A stretch of DNA of 32,000 bases from Alkalilimnicola ehrlichii MLHE-1 (GTDB lineage: Bacteria; Pseudomonadota; Gammaproteobacteria; Nitrococcales; Halorhodospiraceae), in NCBI RefSeq assembly GCF_000014785.1, contig NC_008340.1, positions 2,310,001-2,342,000 on the forward strand, in the 5' to 3' direction. The position numbers and the translations under genes were made by a program. Of this stretch, positions 8,846 to 17,415 are shown one piece after another. Each line of letters opens with the position of its first letter. The first letter of the stretch is position 1. The notes beneath the pieces are model-generated. The model saw nothing but the letters and a program-made list of their open reading frames with translations, ran no database searches and had not been told where the DNA came from.

Positions 8846-10443
8846 AGCCCCGCCACGCCTCCATCGCTACGCGGATCGGATGCCGCCCGGACATGGCCCG
8901 CCCGGTCACGCACCAGGAGGCCGGCGTGGCCCATCGCACTGTTGCGGGGCGGCACCACCTCCACGTCGTGGCCACGGCCCCGCAGCGCTTCCACCAACTC
9001 CGGCGGGAAATCCGCTTCCAGCTTCAGCGTGTCCGTCCCGGCCCCCCAGGTCCTGCCCAACAGCCAGCGCGGCGAGGCCACCGCCTGCTCCGGTGATTGG
9101 CCGTAGAGGGCCACCCGGGTGAACACCGCCGCCTGGGTCTGCGGTTGGCCCTCCCCCCCCATGGTGCCGTATACCAGGGTACGGCCGTCATCCAGAACCG
9201 CCAGGGCCGGGTTCAGGGTATGGAAGGGACGGCGGCCCGGCTTGAGGTCATTCAGGGCATCGGGCGCGAGCGAGAAGCTGCAGCCCCGGTTCTGCCAGAT
9301 CACGCCGGTGTCGGGGACGACCACCCCGCTGCCGAACTCATGAAACAGGCTCTGGATGAAGCTGACACAGCGACCCTCGGCGTCGATGGCCCCCAGCCAT
9401 ACGGTGTCCCCCGGGGAGGCCGGCTGCGGCCAGGCCAGGGCGCGGCTCCAGTCCACCCGATCCGCCAAGGCGTCCAGCGCCTCCGGCTTCAGCCACTGCG
9501 CTGGATCCTCCGGCAGATAGGCGGGATCGGTGACAACGCGGTCCCGCACCAGGAAGGCCTGCTTGACTGCCTCCACCATGGCGTGCAACCACTCTGCGCT
9601 CTCCGCCGCTACCGGGTGGCGCCGCTGCAGCCGGTCAAAGACTCCGAGGATCATCAACGAGGCCAACCCCTGAGTGGGTGGCGGCATGTTCCACAGGGTG
9701 CCCAGGCTGTGCCTCATGTTCAGCGGTGCCACCCGGCGGGCGGCATAGCCCGCCAGGTCCGGGGCCCGTATCGGACTGCCCGCCTCGGCGAGGCCCTCAC
9801 CCAGCGCCTGTGCCAGCTCGCCGGAATAGAAGTCCGCCAGGCCGACCGCCGCCAGGCGTTCCAGGGTGCTGGCCAGCTCCGGCTGGCGGAACGTCTCGCC
9901 CGGGACGGGAAAGGCCCCGCCGGGCAAGTACTGGGCATCAAACCCCGGCTGCGGCCCCAGCTCCGGATGCTTGTCCCGGGTGGCCTCGGCCTGGCTATGG
10001 GTCATCGGGTACCCCTCTCGCGCATGCGCCACGGCGGGCGCCAGGAGCCGGTGCAGGGGCAGGCGCCCCGACCACTGCGAACGACTAAGCGCCAGCGCCA
10101 CCTGCCAGCCGGCCACCGTGCCGGCGACGGTGTTGGCGGCCGCCCCTCCGCGGCTAGGGATGACCGTCAGCCCCCGGTCGCGGTACCAGGCGGGTGTCGC
10201 ACCGACCGCCGCCGGGCCACAGGCCTCGATACCCAGGGGCGCCCTGCCCGGCTCGCGCAACAACCAGAAGCTGTCGCCCCCCAGGCCGTTCATGTGCGGA
10301 TAGACCACCGCAATCGCTGCGGCAGCGGCCACCATGGCCTCGATGGCATTCCCCCCTTCCCGCAGCACGCCGGCGCCCGCCTCGGCCGCCAGATGATGGG
10401 GTGCACTCACCGCCGCCCTCAGCGGCGTGTCATTGGCAAGCAT
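8842..10443 (-). CDS. Gamma-glutamyltranspeptidase-family protein (Ntn hydrolase)
   Basis: ANDTPLRAAVSAPHHLAAEAGAGVLREGGNAIEAMVAAAAAIAVVYPHMNGLGGD..., ...YGTMGGEGQPQTQ. The catalytic-Thr region reads GDTVWLGAID rather than TTHxSVVD. Stop overlaps the TauE start (ATGA). Confidence 0.9.
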   Translation of the reverse strand: MLANDTPLRAAVSAPHHLAAEAGAGVLREGGNAIEAMVAAAAAIAVVYPHMNGLGGDSFWLLREPGRAPLGIEACGPAAVGATPAWYRDRGLTVIPSRGGAAANTVAGTVAGWQVALALSRSQWSGRLPLHRLLAPAVAHAREGYPMTHSQAEATRDKHPELGPQPGFDAQYLPGGAFPVPGETFRQPELASTLERLAAVGLADFYSGELAQALGEGLAEAGSPIRAPDLAGYAARRVAPLNMRHSLGTLWNMPPPTQGLASLMILGVFDRLQRRHPVAAESAEWLHAMVEAVKQAFLVRDRVVTDPAYLPEDPAQWLKPEALDALADRVDWSRALAWPQPASPGDTVWLGAIDAEGRCVSFIQSLFHEFGSGVVVPDTGVIWQNRGCSFSLAPDALNDLKPGRRPFHTLNPALAVLDDGRTLVYGTMGGEGQPQTQAAVFTRVALYGQSPEQAVASPRWLLGRTWGAGTDTLKLEADFPPELVEALRGRGHDVEVVPPRNSAMGHAGLLVRDRAGHVRAASDPRSDGGVAGL

Positions 10444-10633
10444 CGCCGTCGCCTCCAATCGATGGCCCGGCTCACCCGCACATGCAACGGTTATCAACAA
10501 GCCGGTCCGGGGTCGTGGTCAAGCACTCACGGTAGCGCATTTTTACGCAGGAGAGCGCGGCTTGCCCCCCAGGCCGCGACCGCACCTCTGGAATCGACTA
10601 TGATCGAATGACCATCGGCCGAAGGAGCCCGAA

Positions 10634-11731
10634 GTGATTGGGGACCGCCGCGTCATCGCCTTCCACGATGCCCGAATGCTGGAGCACCGGCCGGACGTGC
10701 AGGATGCGTATCAGCCGGGCCGCCTGGCCACCCGGGTCAAGCGCATGCTGGACGGGCTCACCATCCAGTGGAACTACCCGGAGCATCCAGGGCGCCTTAC
10801 CGCCATCATGGACCTGCTGGTCCGCGAGCCGGTCCCCGGGGTGACCTTCCGCACTGGCCGGGCCGCCACCCCGGCAGAACTGGGCCGGGTGCATACCCTC
10901 TCCTATCTGGAGACCATCTACGCCCTGCGCGGCAAGCACGCCTGGCTGGATGTGGACACCACTGCGGTCTGCCCGGGCAGTGTGGACGCCGCCGAGGTGG
11001 CGGCCGGCACCGCCATTGCCGCGGTGGAGGCGGTGGTACAGGGTGACGCTGAGGCCGCCTTCGCCCTGGTGCGCCCCCCGGGGCACCACGCCGAGGCGGT
11101 GCGCGCCCGCGGTTTTTGCCTGTTCAACAATGTCGCCGTGGCGGCCGCCCACGCCCAAGCGGCACTGGGCTGCCAGCGGGTGCTGATCGTGGACTGGGAC
11201 GTCCACCACGGCAACGGCACCCAGGACATCTTCCGCGCCGACCCGGATGTGCTCTTTTTCGACACCCACCGGGCCTCGCCCTTCTACCCGGGCTCGGGCC
11301 GACTGGAGGAGGTCGGTCACGGCCTGGGGGAAGGCACCACGGTCAACGTCCCGTTACCGCCCGGGGCCGGTGATGCCGCGCTCCTGCGGGCCTTCCACGA
11401 AATCCTCGTCCCCGCCGCTGACTGGTTCCAGCCCGACCTGGTGCTGGTCTCGGCCGGCTTCGACCCCCACCGGCTGGACCAGGCCCTGAATATGAGTTAC
11501 GAGGGCTTCGCCGCCTTGACCGCAGTGCTGCAGGAGATCGCCACAAGGCACGCCCAGGGGCGGCTGGCCTTCGTGCTGGAAGGGGGCTACAACCTGGAGG
11601 CGCTGTCCCGGGGGGTACGGACCGTGCTGGAGGTGCTGGCCGGCGCCGAACTCGAACCCCTGCAGGCGGCCGGAATGGAAGAGCTGGAACAGGCCATCGC
11701 CTTCCACCGGGATGCCTTCCAGGCGCCCTGA
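10634..11731 (+). CDS. Histone deacetylase superfamily (class II HDAC/AcuC/acetylpolyamine amidohydrolase-like) protein
   Basis: [52 protein letters not shown]: all zinc-binding and catalytic motifs are present. Confidence 0.95.
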   Translation: MIGDRRVIAFHDARMLEHRPDVQDAYQPGRLATRVKRMLDGLTIQWNYPEHPGRLTAIMDLLVREPVPGVTFRTGRAATPAELGRVHTLSYLETIYALRGKHAWLDVDTTAVCPGSVDAAEVAAGTAIAAVEAVVQGDAEAAFALVRPPGHHAEAVRARGFCLFNNVAVAAAHAQAALGCQRVLIVDWDVHHGNGTQDIFRADPDVLFFDTHRASPFYPGSGRLEEVGHGLGEGTTVNVPLPPGAGDAALLRAFHEILVPAADWFQPDLVLVSAGFDPHRLDQALNMSYEGFAALTAVLQEIATRHAQGRLAFVLEGGYNLEALSRGVRTVLEVLAGAELEPLQAAGMEELEQAIAFHRDAFQAP

Positions 11732-11783
11732 AGGCCGGGCGGGGCTACCCCGTAGGCGGATTCCACCACGCGCACCCCGGGGG

Positions 11784-12926
11784 CTATAGCCCCTCGCGCA
11801 CCACGGCCCGGCGCAATGCGCGCTGGCGGCGCAGGATACTGCGAAAGGCGGCGCGCAACGCCGCGTACTCCCCCCGGCTCAGTGCCGCCACCGGGACCTG
11901 GTTGTGCAGCGGGCGGCCGGCGTCGATGGCCTCGGCGTGCAGGCGGGCGCGGATACCGGCGACAACCTGGTAGCCCTGTATCAGCGCGCCGGCCTCACCG
12001 CGGTCCAGCGTGCCCGCCCCGGCGGCCTGCTGCAGGCGCTCCAGGGTATGGTGGGCGGGCAGGCCCGCGCGCACGGCATAGACCCGGGCCAACTGCACCA
12101 ACGGCAGCAGCCCGCCCTGTTTCAGATCCACCCGGCCCGCATTCGCACCCCACCAGGGGGTCCAGACCCGCCCCAGGCCATGCCACGGTGGGCGCGGCCG
12201 CGTCGCCCCATCGCTCAGCCGGGCGAGGAACCGGCGGTTGCTCGCCGCCCGCTCCAAGGCCTCCCGGCGTACGGGCTCAAACAGGGCCGGATCGCCGGCC
12301 ACCACCCGCAGATCCAGGTAATGGGTGGCCAGCATCACCGCCTTGCGTCCCGGGGCCTCAATGACTGTGAGCAGCGCCCGCCGCCAACTGCCGACGCTGC
12401 GCCGCCAATCACCATTCGCCGGACTGACGCCGCCCGGGCAATGCGGCAAGCCACAGGCCGCCAGCCCTTCCGTCACCCGCCCCGCCAGGCGCCGGTACCA
12501 GTCGTCGGCCCCCGGCGGGAGATCATCCCCATAGACCAGGGCATTATCCTGATCCGTGTGCACGGTCTGCTCACCCCGCCCCTGGGAGCCGCACGCGAGC
12601 CAGGCCCACGGCCCCGGCGCCGGCGTCCCCATTTCCGCCTCCGCGAGGACAATCAACCGCCGGGTCAGGGCGTCCACCCAACCGCTGACGATCCGGGCCT
12701 GGGTCACCGCGTCCCTGCCGGAGCGCTGCAGCGCGGCCTGACCCTCGGGGAAGCGGCCCGCAACGGCCTGGATGGCCGCCAGGTCCGATGCCTGCTCCAG
12801 AGCCCGCCCCAAACCCGTGCCCTCCGCACCGGTCCCTGCCGTTGCCCCGCTACCGGCACCTGATTCACTGGCGCCCGGAGCCCCTTGGTCCTGCGTCTCA
12901 TCCACAACACCCACCTCCCTGAACAC
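11784..12926 (-). CDS. DUF294-type nucleotidyltransferase-like protein without recognisable CBS or cNMP domains
   Basis: LACGSQGRGEQTVHTDQDNALVYGDD resembles the GSxxR...DxDN nucleotidyltransferase motif. The C-terminal DUF294_C-like region (HTLERLQQAAGAGTLDRGEAGALIQGYQVVAGIRARLHAEA...PLHNQVP) matches the two other DUF294 proteins here. Confidence 0.82.
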   Translation of the reverse strand: MFREVGVVDETQDQGAPGASESGAGSGATAGTGAEGTGLGRALEQASDLAAIQAVAGRFPEGQAALQRSGRDAVTQARIVSGWVDALTRRLIVLAEAEMGTPAPGPWAWLACGSQGRGEQTVHTDQDNALVYGDDLPPGADDWYRRLAGRVTEGLAACGLPHCPGGVSPANGDWRRSVGSWRRALLTVIEAPGRKAVMLATHYLDLRVVAGDPALFEPVRREALERAASNRRFLARLSDGATRPRPPWHGLGRVWTPWWGANAGRVDLKQGGLLPLVQLARVYAVRAGLPAHHTLERLQQAAGAGTLDRGEAGALIQGYQVVAGIRARLHAEAIDAGRPLHNQVPVAALSRGEYAALRAAFRSILRRQRALRRAVVREGL

Positions 12927-13063
12927 GGCACTGCCCGGCAGCGCCCCTGGGCTGCAGCTTACTCACCTTTCAGGGGCTTCCGCTATGGCCCCACGGCGCT
13001 GCGTACCACCCCGAATCGGCACAGGACGGCGCCCAGCCCCCCCGGTGGTCCGCCCGCCGCTCA

Positions 13064-13091
13064 TAAAAAAAGCCCGCCGGATGGCGGGCTT
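13064..13091 (-). terminator. Rho-independent terminator of the symporter operon
   Basis: On the minus strand: AAGCCCGCCATCCGGCGGGCTTTTTTT. 8-bp GC-rich stem, 4-nt loop, and a T tract, located just past the symporter stop. Confidence 0.92.
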
Positions 13092-13155
13092 AAGCGTTCA
13101 GTCGGGTGGTTGCCGCACCCGGGGGGTGCGGCAACCCAATCGCAGAAGTTAGCGA

Positions 13156-14937
13156 TCAGTCGGCGCGCGGCACACGCACGCTCTCCACCAGCTTCTGGAT
13201 CTCGGCCGGCGGCGGCGCGGTCATCTTCGCCACGGCGAAGGAGACAATGCCGTTCGCCACGGCGCCGATCACACCGAATGCGGCCGGGTTGATACCGAAC
13301 AGCCAGTACTCGGCGGTGTCCGGCAGCAGGGCCAGCTGCGGGAAGAACAGGAAGCCCTTGTAGGTGAAGACGTAACCCAGGGTCACGATCAGACCCGCCA
13401 GCATGCCGGCGATGGCCCCTTCGCGGTTCATCTTCCGGTAGAAGATGCCCATCATCAGGGTCGGGAAGAGGCTGGCCGCGGCGAGACCGAAGGCCAGCGC
13501 CACCACCTCGGCCGCGAAGCCTGGTGGGTTCAAGCCCAGATACCCCGCGAAGATAATGGCGACGGCCATGGAGATACGGGCCGCGAGCATCTCGTTCTTC
13601 TCGCTGATATCGGGTTTGAACACGCCTTTGAGCAAGTCGTGCGAAACCGCCGAGGAGATGGCCAATAGCAGACCGGCCGCGGTGGACAGCGCCGCCGCGA
13701 TACCACCCGCCGCCACCAGGGCGATCACCCAGGTCGGCAGACCGGCGATCTCCGGGTTGGCCAGCACGATGATGTCACGGTCCAGGTTGGTGATCTCCGA
13801 GCCTTCCCAGCCCCACTGCTCGCGGGCCATCTGGTCGAACTCCGCATTGCCGTCGTTGTAGTACTGGATACGGCCGTCGTTGTTCTTGTCCTCCCACTGC
13901 AGCAGACCGGTCTGCTCCCAGCGGTACATCCAGTCGGGCAGGTCCTCATACCGGGTGTGGGCCTCAGCCTCACCGATGCTGTGGCGGTCCACCAGCACGG
14001 TGTCGAGCAGGTTCCACATCGCCATGGCACCCACAGCCGGGGCGGTGGTGTAGAGCAGGGCGATAAAGACCAGGGACCAGCCGGCGGACTTACGCGCGTC
14101 GCGGATACGCGGCACGGTGAAGAACCGGATGATCACGTGCGGCAGACCTGCGGTACCGATCATCAGGGAGATGGTCAGCAGGAACATGTTGAGCATGTTG
14201 AAGCCGCCCTCGGTGGCCGAGTAGGCCGCAAAGCCCAAGTCCACCAGGGTCTGGTCCAGCGCCTCCAACAGATAGGTGTCGGAGCCGGCGAGGGTGCTGC
14301 CGAGACCGATCTGCGGGATCGGCACGCCGGTGATGGCGATGGCGATGAAGACCGCCGGGACGGTGTAGGCGAAGATCATCACGCAGTACTGGGCGATCTG
14401 GGTATAGGTGATACCCTTCATACCGCCGAACACAGCGTAGATGAACACCACCACCATGCCGGAGATCAGGCCCACGGTCAGCGGCACCTCCAGGATGTTG
14501 GAGAAGGCGATACCGACGCCGCGCATCTGGCCGATAACGTAGGTGATGGAGATGGCCAGCAGGCAGATGACCGCAATCACCCGCGCCGTCTTCGAGTAGA
14601 ACCGGTCGCCGATGAACTCGGGCACCGTGAACTTACCGAACTTACGCAGGTAGGGGGCCAGCAGCAGGGCCATCAACACGTAGCCACCGGTCCAGCCCAT
14701 CAGGAAGGCGCCACCCGTAAAGCCCAGGAAGGCAATCAGGCCGGCCATGGAGATGAAGCTGGCGGCGGACATCCAGTCAGCGGCCGTGGCCATGCCGTTG
14801 GCGACGGGGTTGACCCCCTTGCCGGCCACGTAGAACTCGCTGGTGCTACCGGTGCGGGCCCAGATCGCGATACCGATGTAGAGCGCGAAGGTGAGACCCA
14901 CCACGGTCAGGTTGAGTATCTGTTGAGATCCTTCCAT
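13156..14937 (-). CDS. Sodium:solute symporter family protein (VC_2705-like, large subunit) with an EF-hand-like loop
   Basis: SSSF-type transmembrane protein: EFYVAGKGVNPVANGMATAADWMSAASFISMAG, YLRKFGKFTVPEFIGDRFYSKTARVIA. It is adjacent to a DUF4212-like small subunit. A hydrophilic insertion contains DKNNDGRIQYYNDG. Confidence 0.93.
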   Translation of the reverse strand: MEGSQQILNLTVVGLTFALYIGIAIWARTGSTSEFYVAGKGVNPVANGMATAADWMSAASFISMAGLIAFLGFTGGAFLMGWTGGYVLMALLLAPYLRKFGKFTVPEFIGDRFYSKTARVIAVICLLAISITYVIGQMRGVGIAFSNILEVPLTVGLISGMVVVFIYAVFGGMKGITYTQIAQYCVMIFAYTVPAVFIAIAITGVPIPQIGLGSTLAGSDTYLLEALDQTLVDLGFAAYSATEGGFNMLNMFLLTISLMIGTAGLPHVIIRFFTVPRIRDARKSAGWSLVFIALLYTTAPAVGAMAMWNLLDTVLVDRHSIGEAEAHTRYEDLPDWMYRWEQTGLLQWEDKNNDGRIQYYNDGNAEFDQMAREQWGWEGSEITNLDRDIIVLANPEIAGLPTWVIALVAAGGIAAALSTAAGLLLAISSAVSHDLLKGVFKPDISEKNEMLAARISMAVAIIFAGYLGLNPPGFAAEVVALAFGLAAASLFPTLMMGIFYRKMNREGAIAGMLAGLIVTLGYVFTYKGFLFFPQLALLPDTAEYWLFGINPAAFGVIGAVANGIVSFAVAKMTAPPPAEIQKLVESVRVPRAD

Positions 14938-14949
14938 TGTTCTATAGCC

Positions 14950-15225
14950 TCAGTCTTCGTAGACGTCGTATTCGCGATCCAGTTTGTTCATGCGCCAGGC
15001 ATAGAAGAAGATGATCACGAGGAACACGTAGATCGAGCCTTGCTGCGCGAACCAGAACCCGAGCGGATAGCCGCCGATGCTGAAGTTATTCAGCCAGTCG
15101 GCGAGCAACACGCCGAGTACCAGCGAGACAAACGCCCAGACGACCAGGCAACCCCCAATGATCTTGAGGTTCTTTCGCCAGTATTCGCCTCTGTCTTTTG
15201 TCACCTGATTTTCCGAATCAGACAT
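14950..15225 (-). CDS. DUF4212-family putative solute:sodium symporter small subunit
   Basis: Small two-TM protein (YWRKNLKIIGGCLVVWAFVSLVLGVLLADWLNNFSIGGYPLGFWFAQQGSIYVFLVIIFFYAWRMNKLDREYDV) directly upstream of the large symporter subunit. GAGGAG sits 8 nt before the ATG at 15225; the track's GTG at 15234 is poorly spaced. Confidence 0.92.
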   Translation of the reverse strand: MSDSENQVTKDRGEYWRKNLKIIGGCLVVWAFVSLVLGVLLADWLNNFSIGGYPLGFWFAQQGSIYVFLVIIFFYAWRMNKLDREYDVYED

Positions 15226-15292
15226 GGATGACACTCCTCTTTCCTAGGATTAAAGGATGATTCGGCAATTCCCTTTGCAGTGCTTACGGCCG

Positions 15293-17233
15293 TTACAGTT
15301 GATACTCCGAAGTGAGTTTTGATTGTAGTTTCCTCGCCTCGCGAAATGCCTCCTTGAGAATCTTTTTATCCAGTTCATTGAGTTCGTTGGGTGAAACATG
15401 ATTGCTGAGCGGCTTCCCGGCCGCTGCCTGCTCCTGGTGCTGCCGGGTGCGCAGCACCTGAATATAGTGGTAGGCGATAACCCACGCCTCCACATCCCCC
15501 CGGACCAGGGCACCGGCCTCGGCCGCCTGCTCCAGGCGGTCCACCGTGTTGGTGGCCGGGAGCCGGTGGGCCAGGGAAAAGATACGCGCCGCGTCCACGA
15601 AGGGCGTGACGCCGTTGAGCTTGAGGTCGATGACGTTGCGCTGATCACCGTGGGTTCGGGTGACGAAATCGCGGATCACCCCCAGCGGGGGCCGGTTGCG
15701 CAGGGCGTTGGCCGCCATCTGCTTGCGGAACCGGCTGTTGCGTGAAGTCCGCTCCAGCAACCAGGTCCGAAGCCCCTCGGCCCCGCCGGTGGGCCCGTGG
15801 ATGACCCGGAAGTCGAAAAAGATGGCGGCCTTGAGCAGGTGCTCCGGTGTCCCCTGGTCGATCCAGCGCTTGAAGCGCTGCTGCCACTCCTCCAGCGACA
15901 GGCAGCACTCCGGGTTGCCGGCCATGATGTTGCCGGGGCAGAGGGGATAGCCGCAGCGGTCCAGGGCCTGGTTGATGCGCTGGGCGACCGGCACCAGCCG
16001 CGCACGGATGGCGTCGGCATCGGGGCCGTCGTCATCGACCATGAACAGGATGCCGTTGTCCTGGTCGGTTTTCAGGGTCTGTTCCTGTCGCCCTTCGCTG
16101 CCGAAGGCGATCCAGCAAAAGTCGATATCGGAGACGTCATCATCGGCCTCGGCCAGGCAGAGCTGGATGATGCGCTCACCGATATGATCGTTGAGCAGGG
16201 TGATCATCTGCATGATCTGCGCGACCTTGACCCCCTGGTCGATCATCTGCCCGACCAGGCGGTGGATGTCCGCCTGCAGCGGCGCCAGGGCCTCGACACT
16301 GGCCGCCCGACGGATGCTGCGGGTGAGATTGACCAACCCCACCCGTTGCAGCGTGAACAGGTCGCGCTCGGAGATCACCCCCTGCAGGCGGCCCCGCTCC
16401 ACCACACAGACGTGGTGGATGCCGTGCTGCGCCATGACCATGGCCGCCTCGAAGGCGAAGGCCGACCGCGGCATGGATACCGGGTCGGAGGTCATCACCT
16501 CGCGCATGGGGCGATCGAGCGGCACCTGGGGCAGGGCCACCCGGCGCAGCAGGTCGTGCAGGGTAAAGACCCCCAGTGGGCGAAGCCGGTCATCGGTGAC
16601 GACAATGCTCCCCACCCGCTGGGTATCCATGGCCTGCAACGCTTCTTTTATTGTGGTCTCCTCCCGGCAGGTCACCGGTTCCCGCCGCAGCCGCTCGCCC
16701 AGCGGGATGTCCAGCGAGGTGTCGCCGTTGCCCAGCCCCTTCACCTCCTGGCTCTGATACTGGGCCAGTAGTTGGTCCAGCATGGTGGAGAGGCGCCGGG
16801 TGCAGAAGGCATGAAACTCCTCCGACACGTGCAGCAAATGGGTAAAGTCGCCTTCCTCGAGTTCGAGGCAGGTGGTCTCCTCCAGGGCGCGATGGATGGT
16901 CCGCGCCGGCTTGCCGGTCACCAGGGCGCCCACCGGGAAGCACTCACCCGCGCGCAATTCCCAGACGTTGCCCGCCTCTTGATCGTCACCCCGCGGCGAC
17001 TCCCCGCCCACCCGGCCGGAACGAATGATAAACAGCCGGTCGACAGGGCCGCGGTCGGGATGGGTCAGCGCCTCGCCCCGGGCATAGACACGGATGGCCA
17101 AGCGGTCCACCAGATAGCCCAAGTGCTCATCGGTCATGTCGTCGAAGGGCGCATACTGGCGAAGAAAGACCCGCACGTCGCCCCGATCGGACGCTGCGCC
17201 CTGCTCCGCCTTGTTGTGTTGGTCGTCGCCCAT
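15293..17233 (-). CDS. cNMP-binding domain, CBS pair, DUF294 nucleotidyltransferase-like protein
   Basis: cNMP-like N-terminus (FLRQYAPFDDMTDEHLGYLVDRLAIRVYARGEAL...), two CBS repeats (TIKEALQAMDTQRVGSIVVTDD, AFEAAMVMAQHGIHHVCVVERGRLQGVISERDLF), FGSEGRQEQTLKTDQDNGILF, DUF294_C-like tail. Start set at MGDDQHN. Confidence 0.93.
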   Translation of the reverse strand: MGDDQHNKAEQGAASDRGDVRVFLRQYAPFDDMTDEHLGYLVDRLAIRVYARGEALTHPDRGPVDRLFIIRSGRVGGESPRGDDQEAGNVWELRAGECFPVGALVTGKPARTIHRALEETTCLELEEGDFTHLLHVSEEFHAFCTRRLSTMLDQLLAQYQSQEVKGLGNGDTSLDIPLGERLRREPVTCREETTIKEALQAMDTQRVGSIVVTDDRLRPLGVFTLHDLLRRVALPQVPLDRPMREVMTSDPVSMPRSAFAFEAAMVMAQHGIHHVCVVERGRLQGVISERDLFTLQRVGLVNLTRSIRRAASVEALAPLQADIHRLVGQMIDQGVKVAQIMQMITLLNDHIGERIIQLCLAEADDDVSDIDFCWIAFGSEGRQEQTLKTDQDNGILFMVDDDGPDADAIRARLVPVAQRINQALDRCGYPLCPGNIMAGNPECCLSLEEWQQRFKRWIDQGTPEHLLKAAIFFDFRVIHGPTGGAEGLRTWLLERTSRNSRFRKQMAANALRNRPPLGVIRDFVTRTHGDQRNVIDLKLNGVTPFVDAARIFSLAHRLPATNTVDRLEQAAEAGALVRGDVEAWVIAYHYIQVLRTRQHQEQAAAGKPLSNHVSPNELNELDKKILKEAFREARKLQSKLTSEYQL

Positions 17234-17340
17234 CTTTATGCCACTGCGCGCTGAAAGTACGGCAGGGAGACTTGCAGAAGTCATGCCAGAAATTGCGAGC
17301 CCAGCAATCAGCGGCTTGGCGCGGGGGTGCAGCGGGCGGT

Positions 17341-17412
17341 GTCACGCAAGGTAACAAGCTGTCACCGTTGGTGACGCGAACCCTTGCCACGGTAGGTAAC
17401 GGAGGGTAACGG
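17341..17412. promoter_or_regulatory. Candidate operator array upstream of the cNMP/CBS/DUF294 gene
   Basis: Two imperfect dyads exactly 20 bp apart: GTCACgcaagGTAAC (17341-17355) and GTCACcgttgGTGAC (17361-17375). These are followed by GGTAACGG at 17395-17402 and again at 17405-17412. Confidence 0.45.
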
Positions 17413-17415
17413 GGA

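Noticed and set aside
9097-10611. 504-aa plus-strand ORF opposite the GGT-family gene
   Set aside because: Antisense shadow: the opposite strand has clear GGT motifs and this frame has none.
13725-14030. 101-aa and similar minus-strand ORFs inside the symporter
   Set aside because: Alternate frames within a strongly supported coding sequence, Arg/Pro/Thr-rich.
13957-15231. 424-aa plus-strand ORF
   Set aside because: Antisense to the symporter and DUF4212 genes, dominated by HGDGQQHVE-type low-complexity residues. Not credible as protein.
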